In this document: positions 62,774 through 64,000 of the stretch, piece after piece
Layout of the letters: each line of letters opens with the position of its first letter
How positions within the stretch are numbered: the first letter of the stretch is position 1
DNA from: Deltaproteobacteria bacterium
GTDB lineage: Bacteria; Myxococcota_A; Polyangia; Polyangiales; JADJMO01
NCBI GenBank assembly: GCA_016182965.1
Contig: JACPFM010000026.1
Location: forward strand, 30,190-94,189
Reading direction: 5' to 3'
Length of the DNA: 64,000 bases
Translations under genes and position numbers: made by a program
The notes under the pieces: generated by a model
Told to the model about the DNA's origin: nothing
The model's database searches: none
The model's input: the letters and a program-made list of their open reading frames with translations, nothing else

Positions 62774-64000
62774 ATGTCCCTGATGGATCGCCGGCCCGAG
62801 ATCGTCCGCATCGACGACCTCGGCACCGTGCGTCCGGTCGACAAGAACGCGCAGCTGCGGCTGCGCGCCGGCAAGGGAAGCTACCGCGTCGTCCCGAGCC
62901 CGCCGCGGTTCGTCCTCCTCGAGCGCGTCTCGCCCGAGGGCGCGCGCACTGCAGGCGGCGACGGCGAGCAGGCGATGCACCTGCGCGTGAGCGGCGAGAT
63001 CGCCGCGCCGGGCATGCTCTGCGATCTGGTCCTGCTCATCGCGCAGGCCGGCTGGCGCGGCGAGCTCGTGGTGTGGTCGACGCCGCTCGACCAGGAGCCG
63101 ATCGCCCGTTCGATCTTCTTCGAGGCGGGCAACGTGCTCGGGGCGCAGTCCACCGCGCCGGGCGAGCGCCTCGGCGAGATCATGGTCCAGCACGCCGCGC
63201 TCGACCGGCAGCAGATCCTCGCCGTCACCAAGAAGGTCACCCCCGAGCGACGCTTCGGCGAGACCGCCGTCGACCTCGGGCTGATCTCGCGCGAGCGGCT
63301 GTTCGAGTGCGTGCGCGCGCAGACCGAAGAGATCTTCTTCCAGGCGATACGCGCGGCCGAGGGGACCTATTGGTTCCTCGACGCGTTCGATCCGGTGCGG
63401 CTCGCCTACCGCGACCACGTCAGCGCGCCCGCGTTCCTCGTGCAGGCGGTGCGCCGCCTCGACGAGGGGAAGTTCTTCCGCGCGCGCATCCCGTCGAACG
63501 CGCACGTGCCGGTGCAGCTGCCGACGCGCGCGGAGCCTCCCGCCGAGCTCGTGCGCGTGTTCCGCGCGTGCGACGGGCGACGGTCGGTCCACGAGGTCGG
63601 GCAAGCGTGCGCGCTCCCGGAGTTCGAGACCACGCACGCGCTCTACCAGCTCAGCCTGGGCGGCTTCGTGCAGATCACGTCGCCGCGGCCCAACGCCCCC
63701 GACGCGGTCGTCGGCATCTTCGATCAGGCGATCCGTCCGATCCTCGCAGCGGCCGACGCGACCGGCCGCGGCGGCGAGCTCCGGGTGCGCCTCGCGGCGT
63801 TCGCCACCGGCGTCGGCGTCTACGACGCGCTGTTCCTCGGCGCGGGGCCCGCGCCCGACGGCTCGCTCGATCCGGCGCGCGTCGCCCACAACCTCGCCGC
63901 GCTCGCCGGCGACGATCCGACCGCGGCGCTCGCCCAATGGCTGCACGACTACCTCGCGTTCGCGCTGTTCGACGCGACGACCGAGATGCCGCGCGCGGCG
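62774..64000 (+). CDS. DUF4388 (PATAN)-domain protein, 3' end outside the window
   Basis: Translated by hand from ATG 62774; the frame stays open to the window end. GMLCDLVLLIAQAGWRGELVV...IFFEAGNVLGAQS...LGEIMV is the DUF4388 pattern. It is absent from the ORF track because it has no stop in the window. Confidence 0.7.
   Translation, partial: MSLMDRRPEIVRIDDLGTVRPVDKNAQLRLRAGKGSYRVVPSPPRFVLLERVSPEGARTAGGDGEQAMHLRVSGEIAAPGMLCDLVLLIAQAGWRGELVVWSTPLDQEPIARSIFFEAGNVLGAQSTAPGERLGEIMVQHAALDRQQILAVTKKVTPERRFGETAVDLGLISRERLFECVRAQTEEIFFQAIRAAEGTYWFLDAFDPVRLAYRDHVSAPAFLVQAVRRLDEGKFFRARIPSNAHVPVQLPTRAEPPAELVRVFRACDGRRSVHEVGQACALPEFETTHALYQLSLGGFVQITSPRPNAPDAVVGIFDQAIRPILAAADATGRGGELRVRLAAFATGVGVYDALFLGAGPAPDGSLDPARVAHNLAALAGDDPTAALAQWLHDYLAFALFDATTEMPRAA

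Overview
GC-rich (roughly 70% by eye) bacterial chromosome segment, probably Myxococcota: it has a MYXO-CTERM-type sorting tail, several Hanks-type Ser/Thr kinases and an FHA-domain sigma-54 activator. Left to right: (1) core genes (prfB 3' part, a secreted protein, tRNA-Gln, tRNA-Glu). (2) A ~13.5-kb integrated element (2224-15705) bounded by an exact 24-bp direct repeat of the tRNA-Glu 3' end. It carries a large serine recombinase, HTH regulators, a small-terminase-like gene, a split large terminase, a second small serine recombinase with res-like sites, and three secreted-protein cargo genes. No capsid, portal or tail genes were recognised. (3) A defence island on the minus strand: RhuM-family gene, a translationally coupled Wadjet operon (jetABCD), then a Lamassu / ABC-3C operon (Mrr-like LmuA, LmuC, SMC-like LmuB). 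(4) An uncharacterised module: FHA-domain sigma-54 enhancer-binding protein, four tandem TTCCCGGAA sites, a good sigma-54 promoter, a 270-aa unknown protein, a repeat-rich 410-bp spacer and a signal-less staphylococcal-nuclease-fold protein. This is my best candidate for something new. (5) An envelope/signalling cluster (Ser/Thr kinase, PEGA-like protein, RCC1-repeat lipoprotein, DUF2723-type glycosyltransferase), a solitary RAYT-type transposase, and a redox/ArsR-rhodanese/MFS unit. (6) A Cus-type copper/silver RND efflux operon with a reading-frame anomaly and a Gly/Met-rich insertion in CusA. (7) An Hsp70/J-domain pair, a kinase-HEAT protein, a hydrolase, an FKBP and a DUF4388 protein. No rRNA genes or CRISPR arrays were seen. 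Many long ORFs in the track are antisense artefacts of high GC. All family assignments come from motif recognition by eye, not database searches.
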